This document shows, in pieces, positions 12,854 through 25,809 of a DNA stretch of 64,000 nucleotides. Origin of the DNA: Vermamoeba vermiformis (Eukaryota); the NCBI GenBank assembly GCA_045837725.1, contig JBEWZL010000044.1:62001-126000 (forward strand), written 5' to 3'. The notes under the pieces were generated by a model. It saw nothing but the letters and a program-made list of their open reading frames with translations. It searched no databases and was not told the origin of the DNA. Each line of letters begins with the position of its first letter. Position 1 is the stretch's first letter. The position numbers and the translations under genes were made by a program.

Positions 12854-15594
12854 ATGGACTACTCAAAATTAAAACAACCAACTTCGCGTGACAAAAAGCC
12901 GATCGTGTTGTTTTACAACGGCACCTTTGCGCCTATTCACGATGGTAATTGATTTCGTGTAATACAAATGCTATATTTGTCAATGTTATAAGTATAATAA
13001 TGTCAACGGTCGATGCCAAATCGAATTTCATATTCGATTCTATTTTAATTTTATTTGAAATTCGAATTTAGAGCCGACATTGCCGGTCAATAATAACACT
13101 CCAAATATTATTTGCAAATTAATAATTCTAAATTGCTAAACTATTTTGCTAGGCCATTTGGCAGCAATCGACTCAGCGTTTACAGCGTTAGAAGATGCAG
13201 GCTATGAAATACTAGGCGCATATTTATCTCCAGCTCACGGCTGCTATAGTGAAGCTAAACTAAAAGAAAATTACATTCCTTCTCATCATCGAATGGAGAT
13301 GTGTTTGTTAGCGTGCGAAGAACGACCATGGCTTAACGTAGATACTTGGGAAATGATGCAAGAAGCATTTACTTCATTTGTCAACGCCATGCCTGAATTT
13401 TACAAGCGGTTAAAGCAATACGTGCCGTTCTTAAAGAATTTGGACTTTTACGTAAGTTTTCTGGCACCCAATGCTTTATTTATATTCAACCTATCAATAT
13501 ATTATACTCTGGTGCTTATCAAGTTTAGCAAAGGCTTCGCTAATTTTTTGTTGCGGATGCAGATCCAATTTTGCTGACGATATATTTTTTGCTTAAGTCA
13601 AATCCTATTGTGTTAATATTGTATTTTATAGGTCGGATGGGTCGTAGGCGTAGACTCATATCACCCAGTCATGTTCAAAAGAATTCCTAAGTACTTGGAC
13701 ATTTGCATAAGAAACAGATCTGGCTTCGATGAAAAAATTGAAAGCTTCAAGCAAGGTACGATAGATCGAGCACAATATGATCGTTATATAACGTGTTATT
13801 ATAGAGCCAGCGGTTGCAGAAGCCATTGCCAATTCACTGTTTGTTGACGCGGAAATTTTGGACGTTTCATCCACTGCTATTCGCAAAGCTGTGCAGACCG
13901 GAGAAAGTCTTGAAAGTATGTGGTACTTATATACTATATAGTATCCGGCACCTATATTAATAATATGTTATAAGAGTTTTATAAGAACTTGCCTAAGGTC
14001 GCCGAATACATCGTCAAGAACGACCTATGGAAGCCTGCAAAACCTTTGCAATTTCGAAGAATTGAACCTGCTAAAGTCGACTCGGGCATCATAGACTTAG
14101 AATCACAATTAACTCCTCAAAATTTAACAATTGCATTGAGCGCTAGTGGTTGGCTGGGCAAGGATGAAAAAATTGTGAAATTTCAAAAGAATCCGTTAGG
14201 CGAGATGTTCGGATGCAGCGGATCTTTGTATCTCCTCGACGAGATTGAATACGAGCCAGAAAACACGGAAAAATTGAAAAAGTTCGTATTTAAATTTGGC
14301 GGCAAAGCAGCTGGCTTTGGGAAATTTGAACTCGAGGAAAAATTCTTCACAAAATTATCCGTTGACGACCCTCTTTTCCCGAAATGTCTAGCGGCTTTCA
14401 AGAGCAATACGAAGAAGGCATTTACTATGGAGTTCTTGGACAAATACACCTGCTTCGATATGCGCGATGGAATTGAAACGCCTTTGCTCTTTGCGGCTAT
14501 TCGTGAACTGGTACGTGAATGACACTTTGACACTTTGACACTTTGAACATTACTTCATGTATATGACACGTGTCACTGCAGTTTCTTGTCGCTATGAAAA
14601 AATGACAGATGTCATTTCGTGACTTTGGATACTTAACTGACTATTCGTAGGCGAGAATGCACGCAATGTACGCTGGTCAAAAACTCGAAGAAGTGCAAAG
14701 TCTTGGTAGTCCAGCCCTGCGCAACTGGATGGTAGAGCGATTGGTGGGCTACGGCATGAAATTCACAAAAGACGCCGTGGAACACGGGTACGGCCCCGAA
14801 TGCTTTGTACGTACCATCATATTGCCTTATATGGTAATATCTAACGATTGCTATCCAGATTGAAATGCACCATGACAAATTAGAGCAAGAAGTCAACGCG
14901 TACATTGACCGATTAGAAGCATCGAAATTTCAATCGATATTGCATCTAGACTCGTGGATCCACAATTGGATGTTCCGCGAAGATCTAATAGAGGACTACA
15001 GTACGTTATAATAGTCTATCATATGAACTTATCTTTAACGCTTGAGCCTTAGAAACACTATCGGATCTGTCCCTCGAAGAAATTTCAATGCAAATTGGAC
15101 ATCCAAGACACGTTACACGAGGAAAAGTAGCGTTAATAGATTGGGAATATACTTCTAAAGGTAAAAACCTGAGTGTTTGCAACAATTTTTTTCGTTCATG
15201 AACGAACGTACTTAACTTTCCTTTTTTAGGCAATGGCCTCGTTGATTATGGATTCTTTTTCTGGACGAGTGCTATCAATGCGCATGAGATTGAAATGCCC
15301 GCAGCGTTGTTTTATTACACGCAGCTGTGTCACTACGGGATCACCAATTACACGTACAACTCGTTTTTGAAAGATTATAGGGACGCGAAATTATATACTT
15401 TTCATCGCTTAATATCGACTTTTGGACATTGTATGGGTCCTGCTTATAACGCAGTCGAACATTGGAAAAATATTCGGGTCAACATGTTGCAATTGTTGCA
15501 CGATCACGTGCCTGAAAAATACAAGAATAATAATAATAATAACGTTAAAGTTGCTAATAATAAGAAAACGAAACGTGACTGCGTAGTAATGTAA
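12854..15594 (+). CDS. NMNAT-like (HIGH-motif) nucleotidyltransferase fused to an APH/choline/ecdysteroid-kinase-like phosphotransferase
   Basis: FYNGTFAPIHDGH (split by intron 12945-13152), YLSP, HRMEMCLLA, VDTWE, VSSTAIR and VAEYIVKNDLW are NMNAT motifs. They are followed by FVFK, MEFL, LARMHA, LHLDSWIHNWMF (HxDxxxxN) and IDWE. Confidence 0.85.
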
Positions 15595-15712
15595 CATAAA
15601 AATTGAAATGTACAGGGTTAGATCAGCTAATTTTTCATCATTATTTACACTAAAAATACATCTTTTTTGTTTCTATGTTACAATAGTAAAGTACATTTCG
15701 GGCTTGAAGTTT

Positions 15713-18143
15713 TCACCAAATAAACGGCGAGTTGTGACTAAATTTGGCATCGGACATCAACACATCGATCACGTGCCATAGTTTTCGCTTCTTAAGCTCT
15801 TTCAATAGTGATCTGCTCTTCAGCACAACTTCGGTCTTGTCCACCACGTTCATGAACAGCTTCACAATTTCATGATTGCCGCTCGCACAAGCTGCCAAAA
15901 ATGCGCTGAAAACTTTCTTCTTATTGTCTCTGACCTGCGGATAAGACAGCAATTGTTTCACGACTTGAATACCGTTCGGATCTGAGCCAGCAATTTTCAA
16001 CGCGTCACTGCGACAAGATGCTGGATCAATTCCAAGATGATCGACAAAGAGTTTGACAGATGACACGTGTCCAAATTGAGCTGCTGTCTCGAATGCCTTT
16101 GCCATAATTTTCGAGTCAGGGTTGAGGTGTTCAGTGAACCGTTTGTCACGTGCCAATAACAAAATCATCTCCTCGTTGTTGTTTTCTACGGCGATATTAA
16201 GTGGGTTGTCGATCGAATCATCGTACAGCGTCGGATGAGGAAATTTCAGGAGAAATTTCGCGATGTCGATGTTGTTCAGTTTGACGGCCATTCTCAGCGC
16301 GAAGTTATTTTGCTCGTTGATGTCGATCACGTGCTTCTTATTCGAGTTAAGAATTTCTTTGACAACTTGAGGTCTGTTGGCAATGACTGCGTAACTGAGA
16401 ATAGGAAACGTATCGATACCATCAATCATTCGAGATTTATCCCTGATTTGGACTTTGAGATCTATTTTGGGATGTTCTATTAATATCTTCACCATCTCTG
16501 AATTGTTGCAAAGTATCGCTTGTTTGAGCGCGTTGTTGTTGTTTGCTGAAGGTTTGATGATCGGAGAATTTCGGAGAATTAGTTTGACGAACTCGGTGTC
16601 GCCGCTCTCGATGAAATCTAGCAATAGATTATCGTGCCTAATGTTCACAGTGTCGAGCAATAGCTTTTTAAGTTCTTCGGGTTTGAGCCTTGGTCCCTGG
16701 GAGAAAGTATTAACCAACGAAAGTACATACTTTGAACGACTTAAACTTACGCCTAAATGCAACGGTCGACTCCCCATTTTGCCTATATAAAGTAAGTGTC
16801 GGTTAGATTATAGTTTTATTATTGCAATCATACTGAGCTTACTCTGAGTATAGTAAGTTTGGAGCAAAGTGAGCACTTTCAAGCGTCCTTGTTTCCGCAA
16901 ATCGCTGAAGAAATGCCTCGGTTCAATCTCGTTGGCGAGATTAATGTTCATTTGCGTGATTAATATACTAATTACTTGACAATCTTCTCGATCGGATCTG
17001 CAACAATCTGCAAAGATGTTCAAAATATCTCCGCGGAAGTACGTCACGTTGGGGTACTGGAACAGAAATTTCGCTAGCGCCGCGTGACCGTTCAAGCAAG
17101 CAATTCTGAGAATTTTGTTTTTTTCGTGCGCCGGCTCAATGTCGAATTTTTCAACCAGGGTCTTAATTATTCCGATGTGTCCTTCGTGGGCGGCTAACTC
17201 CGCGACTTCGTATACTGTCTCAATACTATACTTGAAGTGCCTAATAAGTTCTTTCAACATGTCCGTACTTCCAGACTTTGCAGCAATTCTGAGCAGTTTG
17301 ATCGATTCTTCGTCTTCCGCCAATGTTTCTATTTTTGGATTCACTGGTTTCTTGTACGTATAAGTACTTATTGCCATCTTACTGGCACTAGTAGTATATA
17401 AATCATCGTCTATTTTCTTCGTTACTAAGGGCATTGGAATTAAAATTTCCTCCGACTTGCTGCATCGGATCAAGGGTTGTTGAGTTGGCTTGTTAAGAAG
17501 GTACCGGACTAACTCGATGTTATTATTCTTTACTGCGTATCGTAGAGTCTTCTTATGAGTATCTTTAAGGTCTATTAAGTAGGTGTGTTCTTCTATCAAT
17601 AGCTTCGCAATGGCAGTTTGATTTTGTTTAGCCGCGTAGTCGATGATATTGTAGTTCTTAATGTTATTTCCATCCTCCACGTCCCATATAGGCAGTGTGC
17701 TATTATATTTGGGGTGTTCTATCAACAGTTGAAGAATTTCAATATTTCCGTTGCCGATCGCTTCGCGAATGATTTTGTTTCTCTTAGCTGATGGGTTGAC
17801 CGTCGTAGATTTGTTCAAAATATTCTCCACTACGGCTAAATTGTTATATTTGACGTATTTATAGAGAAGATCGTTGTGGTTGTAACGATGTGGATTTGAG
17901 ATCATCAGATCCAGGACGAGTTGGTGATAAGGTTTGTTCAGAAAGATGAACTTCGTGGCTACTAGCGGCAAAATAACGAGCTTTACAACCTCTGGAGGCA
18001 ACTCTGATATATTAAACGAGGGTAGCTAAACGGCAGATTAATAAATCACAAATGGAATTATTCCGCCAATTAATTACCTGCTTCGGATTGCGAGAAAGAA
18101 CCAAAGAACTACTTGCCCTATTTAATTCTACTTGTTTTTTCAT
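15713..18143 (-). CDS. Ankyrin-repeat protein with a putative N-terminal F-box; the two track ORFs are one gene
   Basis: Intron GTAAGC..CTAAC..TAG (about 16783-16842) joins the 397-aa and 354-aa ORFs in frame (..TQ-S-KMGSR). First exon MKKQVELNRASS.. splices to LPSFNISELPPEVVKLVIL (F-box-like). Many ankyrin repeats (e.g. AAHEGHIGIIKTL, ACLNGHAALAKFL). Confidence 0.8.
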
Positions 18144-18410
18144 CGCCTCCTTCGCAGCTGATAAAAATCAGAATTTTGGTCGCAGATTGAGGTCCGGATC
18201 TTACCTAACTGGCCTGCAGAGTTCGATGCGCGTACTAAAATAGGTCCAAATGCACTCATAATGATACAAGAAAATAAATATTAGCGTTGTCGCGTGGTAT
18301 CTTGTTAGATCTCGTGTTGTTTCTCGTGCAGTTTTGTTGATTAAATCTGACGCTCGAAAAACATCTATTTTTTTTGTCGGTTTTTTAACAAATACAACAA
18401 CTCCCTAATA

Positions 18411-20930
18411 ATGTTGCGTAGTATTGTATCTATTGGTCGCAAGCAGTTGTTGAAGACTAGCAGATCGTTCTCCACTGCACTCATCAGAAACAACAAAACC
18501 AGATCAACCAAAAAATCAACTCAAAATAATTTATTTACATCGAAAAATGATAATAGAGTAATTACAAATGCCTTTAAGGTAATTTATATGCCCCTACTAA
18601 TTTTTTTAATAATTATTTTCTAACGAATAATTATTTTTTCAGATGCAGGCAATTTTTAACATTAAGAGAAATTACAGCACTGCGGAAACTACTAAAGCAA
18701 CATCAGAAGACTTTGCTAATCAATATCACTTAACTGGTATGCCTTGGTGACGAATAAACAAAACTAGATCAGACAAAAAATTTTCAGCATTTTCCTTTAA
18801 TTGCCTGAATATTATAATAATTATTTTTGTATTATAGCCGAATCAGAAGTACAATTGGGACTTCAATTGCTGTCGTTCCGTGATTTTGACGCCTCGATCG
18901 CACACTTTCAAGCTGCCTTGAACTCCAGTCCTAACTACGTTAAAGCCATCAGAGGTAATTATATGTCATATATAATAATATACTATATCACAGGCTTGTT
19001 GTGAGATCTGGATCGCGAACGATTTTTTTTGTCAATACAGTAAATTCACTGCTTTGTTGCACGAGCAAATTTTACGATTTATTAATAATACGATCATTTA
19101 TTATAGGTCTTGGTATTTGCCATATGAGAAAAGGAGATTACAACAAATCAAAAGAATATTTTAACAAACTTTTGACTTTCATTCCGTAAGTCACCAAAAA
19201 ATTACTTAAAATTCGGCAAAAATAGCCAACAATAATAACATGTATTATACTAAGCTAATAATAATGTTAGGAGCCTATTATCTCTTATTCTAATTTTTCC
19301 TTTTTTAGAAATGACAAAGAAGCGATTCTCGATTTAATTGTTTGCGATTTTGAACAAACGAAAGACGAAGCTAAAGCAGTCGCTGCCTTGGAACAATTTA
19401 TCAGCCAAAATCCCGGTCATCTTTCAGGCTACAAAACTTTAGCGACTTTAAAGTTGTCGTTACAAAAGTACCCTGAAGCTGTGGATGCGTTCAGCAGAGT
19501 ATTGCAAGTTAACCCGAACGATATTGACGCACTTACTTTCATCGGTAAGCACTATAGCAATTCAATTTCATTCTTTAAAGCACTTGAGCCGAGATCCGGA
19601 TGCGGTCGAACCTGAATTTGTTTGAAAATTAATTTAACTGATGTAATTATTATCCCGTTACTAAGACATTATATGTAGGCACAATTTTGGGCAAGACTGG
19701 CGAAATAGATCGTGCTATTGAAATTTTGACTCGTGCGATCGAGCTGATCGAAGCGCACAACAAGGAAGTGTTGTACGGCCAAGAACAGCTTGCAGAACAA
19801 GCTAGACTCGAAGCTGAAGCTGAGAGAAATGGCGGAAAGAAACATGTTGACGAACATAATAAGGTACAATTATACAGCAAAAAATTTGTAACGGGATCTG
19901 CTCACACAAAAATTCAAATTTTTTTCTTAATGCTCGAAATGCTAATAGTATATGTATAGGGTATTTTGGGCTTCGAAGAGTCCAAGCTCCCCAAGAAAAA
20001 GAGACAAATTGCGGATGTGGAAGACGACGACGCAGAAATTAATCAAAACGTTGCTCAACCTGGCCAGAACGACGCTAAGACCGCCAATAACCTCGTCTAT
20101 ATCAACGACGTTGAAGCTTATATCCAATTATCCGAGTTAATTAATGATAATGCTGAACGCGAGCAGATCTTGCGAAAGGCTCATGAAACAAATCCACAAA
20201 ATGAAATTGTTCTTGGACGATTGGCGCAAATTGAAGCTGCTAAGGGTAACAGAGACGAAGCTACTAGACATATTCAAAGGTAAGCACTCAAACTTTCAAT
20301 CTTCATCCAAAAGCCACATCCGTTACAAAAACTAATTTTGATAAAATTTAAATAGAGCTTTGTTATTGAACCCTTCGAACCCTAAACTTTACGAGATCTG
20401 CGGCAGTGCTTCGTTGATGCTCAAGAACTTCAATGAAGCTCTTGAATACTTCCAACGTTCAATGCAACTCAACAAGGGTTTGACGAATTTGATCGTGGCT
20501 AATCTTATGAGCCATGGCGCTAGCTTCGTTGACGACCACTCTGACTATGAGGTAATTAACTATATGAAAATAATTTTAAACAATTACAAAATGAAATTTT
20601 TGGCTCGATCCGTTTTTCGGAAATTTCTTTTCGTAGAGAAATGATACTAATGAATTAATATTACTGTAGTCTGGCTCACGAACATTCGAAATTTTGGTTC
20701 GCTTGTTCTCTGAACCAAAAGAAGCTGAACAAACTGCACGTACCGTTCTGAATCTGATCGGCGACGAAGGACCAGAACTGCCGCTCGTATTGGTTGGCTT
20801 GGCTATTGGTGCTAATCGAAATAAGCTGGATGATTGGGCCGATCGATGGGCCCATGCTGCGCATAAAGAAGGCGTTTATAAGAAGTTGAAGGATTGGGCT
20901 CAGGCTAGCGCTCCGAAAGTTGAGTGGTAA
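18411..20930 (+). CDS. TPR-repeat protein with a probable mitochondrial presequence
   Basis: Basic, Ser/Arg-rich, acid-free N-terminus MLRSIVSIGRKQLLKTSRSFSTA; TPR motifs (AIAHFQAALNSSPNY-like, AVDAFSRVLQVNPND, ALEYFQRSMQLN) across about 9 exons. Confidence 0.8.
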
Positions 20931-21290
20931 AAACAAAGAAAAATAGCCTAAAAAATAAGCCTAAAAATACAAATGAGAAGCTGAATAGTTAAATGAATAG
21001 TATTCACTGGATATGCGAACAATAAAAGCCATAAAAACTAAAATACTTGGACAAGTAATCAAGGAACTTGTTGATCTTCAACCAAAGAGAACAAAATTCT
21101 TTGGCATTTATGCAAACAGAGTGTCCATTGAATTTCTGGAAATGGTTAAGAACATTGGTCAGGCGAAAAAGGCCTTTTTCATTCTTTCAAGCACCACTAA
21201 TGTCGTGGCAGGAAGGTTCTTATGAACGCGTGCACTAAGTAGTGGCATGATCGAGCTTGAGATGATAGTACTTTTTCTTTGCACTGTCTG

Positions 21291-21971
21291 TTACAGCGGA
21301 TGAAGATCTCCCTCCCAGGCTGAGTTTTATAATGTCGTACTCAAGCTCCGCAATTTGTTTTTTTAATATTGCAATCTCATCATTGGTGTGAGGTTGTGCC
21401 TCTAAAGGGTGATTAATAAAGCAAATTTAACAATATCTGTACGTCGCTTACCTGGTTCCGCGAGAGACTTCAGTTTTTTGAGCTCTGCCCACAGAATTCG
21501 CGCGTGCCCATCGAGTAAGCTCAGGCTTGCTTTCAGGTCCATCCTGTCGTCGAATTGTAGCAGTGCAGCGCCATTAATTGCTTGGTCGATAAGAATTTTC
21601 AAACTTTTATCAACAGCAAGCCGTTTTTCCGTAACTCGAAAGTTCAAGACTTTTCGCGCCCAATCCGCCACATCTTCCGTCGTCCATTCTGTTACTGGCC
21701 GTGCAGAATACGCCGTCGTAGCTGTGTCTGTACCAAGAAAGACGTTAATACACAGGAGATCCAAAGGATCTTTTAAAATTCCCGTATTTACATACGTATT
21801 TAATTTAAATTGATTGATTATTGCAAATAATCTATTTTGAAACATACATTATTAATTATTTGAGACAATCTGGGGATTTAATTTTCAGACAAAGAAGATT
21901 CGGATTCAATTTAGCCTAACTTGGGCTATTTACCATTGGATAAATCAGTTACCTTGGTCGTTTTTCTCCAT
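21291..21971 (-). CDS. Short SAM-domain + coiled-coil protein (possibly a truncated Crinkler/RHS-type gene)
   Basis: Exon MEKNDQ splices to DTATTAYSARPVTEWTTEDVADWA..LIDQAINGAALL (SAM-like); last exon EAQPHTNDEIAILKKQIAELEYDII..PL*. Confidence 0.65.
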
Positions 21972-22197
21972 TAAATATGAGATAATAATTGTAAGTTGTG
22001 GACTCCTGCGTTCAATTTGCAACAAATGGCGCCAAACGAATTTACACAGTCGGCAGGCCCGGCGAGAGCACGTCTTAGACTAATTTGGGTAAACAAGGGC
22101 GAGCTCTAAGGAAATCAAAGTAATTGCCAAGACAACATTAAATAAAAAAACTTGTGTAAATTTTAATTTTATCATCATCATCTCTTTTTACAATTGC

Positions 22198-25100
22198 TTA
22201 TTTAGCTCCGTAATTCAGTTTCAATGCCGTATTCGCTCGCTGACTAATTTTTAATCGCCCATTATTTGGCTTATTTTTCGAGCGTAATTGTTCCATTTCA
22301 ATTTCAGGCGTGGCAACTCTTGTTTTCAAATAAATTATCAACGCGTAAGCCACACTAGCTGCCAATCCAACGGCAATAATAATGATGAAAACACTAGCGA
22401 TATCCGAGTCCAGATCTGCAATATAAAAATTAGATCAATCCGGATCTGCAAAAATGATTTTCACTGAAAACTTACAAATCTCGCAAGAATCTCCGGTGTA
22501 CCCGTTATTGCACGTGCAAACGCCTTGACTACACGTTCCGCGTCCGTTACAATCATATTGACATTTGCACGCACCATTGCTGCATCCACCAGGGCACGTG
22601 ACATTGTACAACATCCTGTCGCGCATGCATGTCAATAGATTTCTTCCTTCAGAATCACACGTAAATCCATTGGCCTTTCCTGTGCATTCCAATGCCTAAA
22701 TTAGATTCGTTAGTTTTACAACTCCGGATCTGACTTTCCAAATAAGGAAATAACGTTATACCTGCGAACAATCGTTTCCAGCGTAACCAGTGCGACAGAA
22801 ACAAGACCCGTTCGGTCCGCAGAATCCATTGCCTAATATGGAAAAAAGTGTCAAAAAAATTGATCAAGCGGATGTAGCGTAGATCTGGCGTTACCTGAAC
22901 AATTGTTCTCACAAGCACAACCATTATTATTTCCACAACCTTTGCTGCACTTAGTCGAAGCAGACACAACGCCGTTGAAGCAGTACAACAGCGATGAATT
23001 CGACGATTGACAAATTGTTGTGCTGCTCATGCCGGCACACGGATTCGTTGGCACTTCACAATTATCACCACTAAAACCTATTACAATAGGTCAGACTTGT
23101 TGAAGTTAAAAAAAAATTGCGTATATTTTGTACCTGATGCACACGAGAGCCATCCAGTTTGACACTGGCAGTTGCCGTAAATGTCACAGTCTTTGCCTTG
23201 CGGACCACAATTGCAATTACAACTAGGCAAGGGTTAAGCAATGTTATAGTAATAAATTCATTCATAGTAATACTTACGTTGCGATCGATCGTCCATTGAC
23301 ACTGGATGCGGTGCATCCGTTCGTGCAGAAAATTCTTGACGTAGTATTGGTAGGACTACAATAGCATAATGTTAATATAATGTCTATATATAACTTAACA
23401 CTATTATCGCTTAAACAGACCTGCAGCTGACAACATAATTGCCGACACAAAAGTCTTGATTGCCCGTGAATCGCGTCATTGTGCCGTTAACGCATGGATC
23501 TGAATGCTCGCAAGCACTACCAAAATATCCTATAGACGCCTATTAGCACGAGGTACAATGATAATTAAGACGATAGAAGTACCTGGCGGACACGTGATAG
23601 TTTGACAAGAGTGAGATCCACCCCATAAAGTAGAATTGCAGCCGTACTGGCACGGAGTCGAGCTGACAAATGTGCCATCGAGACAATATACCAAATTGTT
23701 GCCGTCGCAGTAATAGCCTTGAACTTTAGTCGTGCAGAATCCAGAAGCCTAAAATTAACAAAGTTAGAATTTTTCGAAAATTACAAGCAGATCTCGCATT
23801 AACTAACGTTCGTAGTCAAAATTTAATATATGTACTATTATACTTTAGCGAAAATAAGACCTTTTTGGTTTCGGATCTGCCAAGATCTCGAACTTACGGT
23901 AGAATTAACGGCAGGACTAGGAGTACTAGGGGTCGTAGGAATATCACATTTAGGACCACTCCAGCCGCTGCTACAACTGCACTCTCCCGTGGACAAACAA
24001 TAGCCGTTGACGCAACTAGTAGTGTCGCAAACACACGAGCCCAAGTAACATCCGAGCGGACAGTCGATGTAGTACGAACTCAACGTATAACCAGAACAAT
24101 AGCCGACCGTTGTTCTATATGAAAGTTATATATTAGTATATAGGTCCCGCCCACTATCAAATAAGTATGTAATCAGTTAGTTCTTACGAGTTAATGCAGA
24201 CGTAGGATGAGGTAGATAAGCCCGTGCACACTGTTGTCTCGGTACAATATTGACCCACATAGCCATTGAAACACTTGCACGTGCCTGCATCAACACATGT
24301 ACCCTCTTTAATAATATAATTATGTTAGGCACATGTGATAATACCGCGTTATTGCTCAGATCCGTTGTTTACTTACGAGTACCGCATCCAGTGCCGCAAG
24401 TGCAAGAAGCCGTTTTACCACTTACCTATTAAATAGAACAATATTAGTATATGATTATATTCTAATAGTTAACTATTTAAGCTGGTAGCAATTTACTTAC
24501 TGTACATCCGGAGATGCAGTCGAGAGATGAGGCTACGTTTCCATTATAACAATTGACCAATGTCTTGCCACTGCATTGTGACACAGTCAATGATTGAGGG
24601 CACGACGTATAGTTAGTGCTGCAATCTGCGCCGATGAAATTGCCAGTACAACCGCAAGTACCGAGCGAATCGGATGCTTGCGAGCAAACTCCATTTCCTA
24701 GCATAGAGGTATATATAATAAGTATTATAAATATGGAATTTACCTCCAGTTATTAAAAGAAATGAAAGGTGCAATTTTTGTTGAAAAGGATGTAGTAAAA
24801 AGTACCTGAACAATCGTTCGGGCAATTACAATAGCCTCTATTATTCGGGATATCGTCCGTGCAATTTTTGCAATAGTAGTATGACTCACTATTAAGCAAA
24901 AGTATTAGAGTCCGTTATCACGCCAAAAATAGTTCATACGCGATCGACTTAATTAGATTGAAACAGGTAAAGTAATCGATATGATAATATTGATAATAAA
25001 ATATACTTTAAGCTTACATTCGGTAGTTGTAGCAGCCAATCATTTGAGTGCTGTTATTTGGATCGCAGTGGAGTCCATCTGCTTTTCCGAAACAAAAATC

Positions 25101-25507
25101 GGTTTGATCGCAATAAACACCAAAATATCCTAAATATTAAATCGTATCAGAATTAATTTAGGCAAAATCGGTCTGAAATTTGGAGACTTTAATTAAAAAA
25201 ATTAAACCGTACCGTTATCACAGCTGCAAACTCCTGAACTACAATATCCATGACCTGTACAATTTCTAGGACATAGACATTGCTCTGTGTCATAACGGCT
25301 AGCACCACATCCGTACCTGCAGTATTTCAGCGAAGAGTCAGAGCAACTGATTTGCGTAGTATTTGTTAGGCATAATGTTAATGCATTGGGATTGTCCACG
25401 CATGGTGATTTAAGAAAGCAGTTGCAATCCACACAGGTATAAAGAGATTGAGTTTCGCATTCGAAACAAATAAATAAGAACACCAAAATATACAATAAAT
25501 ATTTCAT
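22198..25507 (-). CDS. Cys-rich EGF-like (tenascin-type) single-pass cell-surface protein
   Basis: Signal peptide MKYLLYILVFLFICFECET; repeated CPxNCxGHGxC..CxC..GxxGxDC units over more than 12 exons; C-terminal TM IASVFIIIIAVGLAASVAYALIIYL and a short basic tail. Confidence 0.85.
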
Positions 25508-25809
25508 GATATGGTTACAAATAAATAAGGTGTGGTATATACATAGAAGTAGGAGCTGAAGAAAGATTTTGTCCAGACAACCTTTTAACGGCAACTTTCC
25601 GTGAAGCACGTGACTTTCGCTGAACGATTAAAAGAAGCGCTTAAACGAACCTGATAGATAAATATTGCACGAACAGTATTAAAGCACATCTTTGCGATTC
25701 CATATTTGTCTTATTAAGTTATGAAGGCTTGAAAATTTACGAAAAAACGTCGACGGCTTGTTGCGCAAATTTACTTCATTTTGAACAGTTTTGTAATTAT
25801 AACGCAACA

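Noticed and set aside
13000-13085. Weak inverted repeat (TCGAATTTCA/TGAAATTCGA) in NMNAT intron 1
   Set aside because: Short and AT-rich, with no TSD; may be chance.
16778-16842. Two separate ankyrin genes or stop-codon readthrough
   Set aside because: A canonical intron removes the stop and restores the frame.
21000-21290. Possible decayed payload exon downstream of the SAM gene
   Set aside because: Stops in all frames and no identifiable domain.
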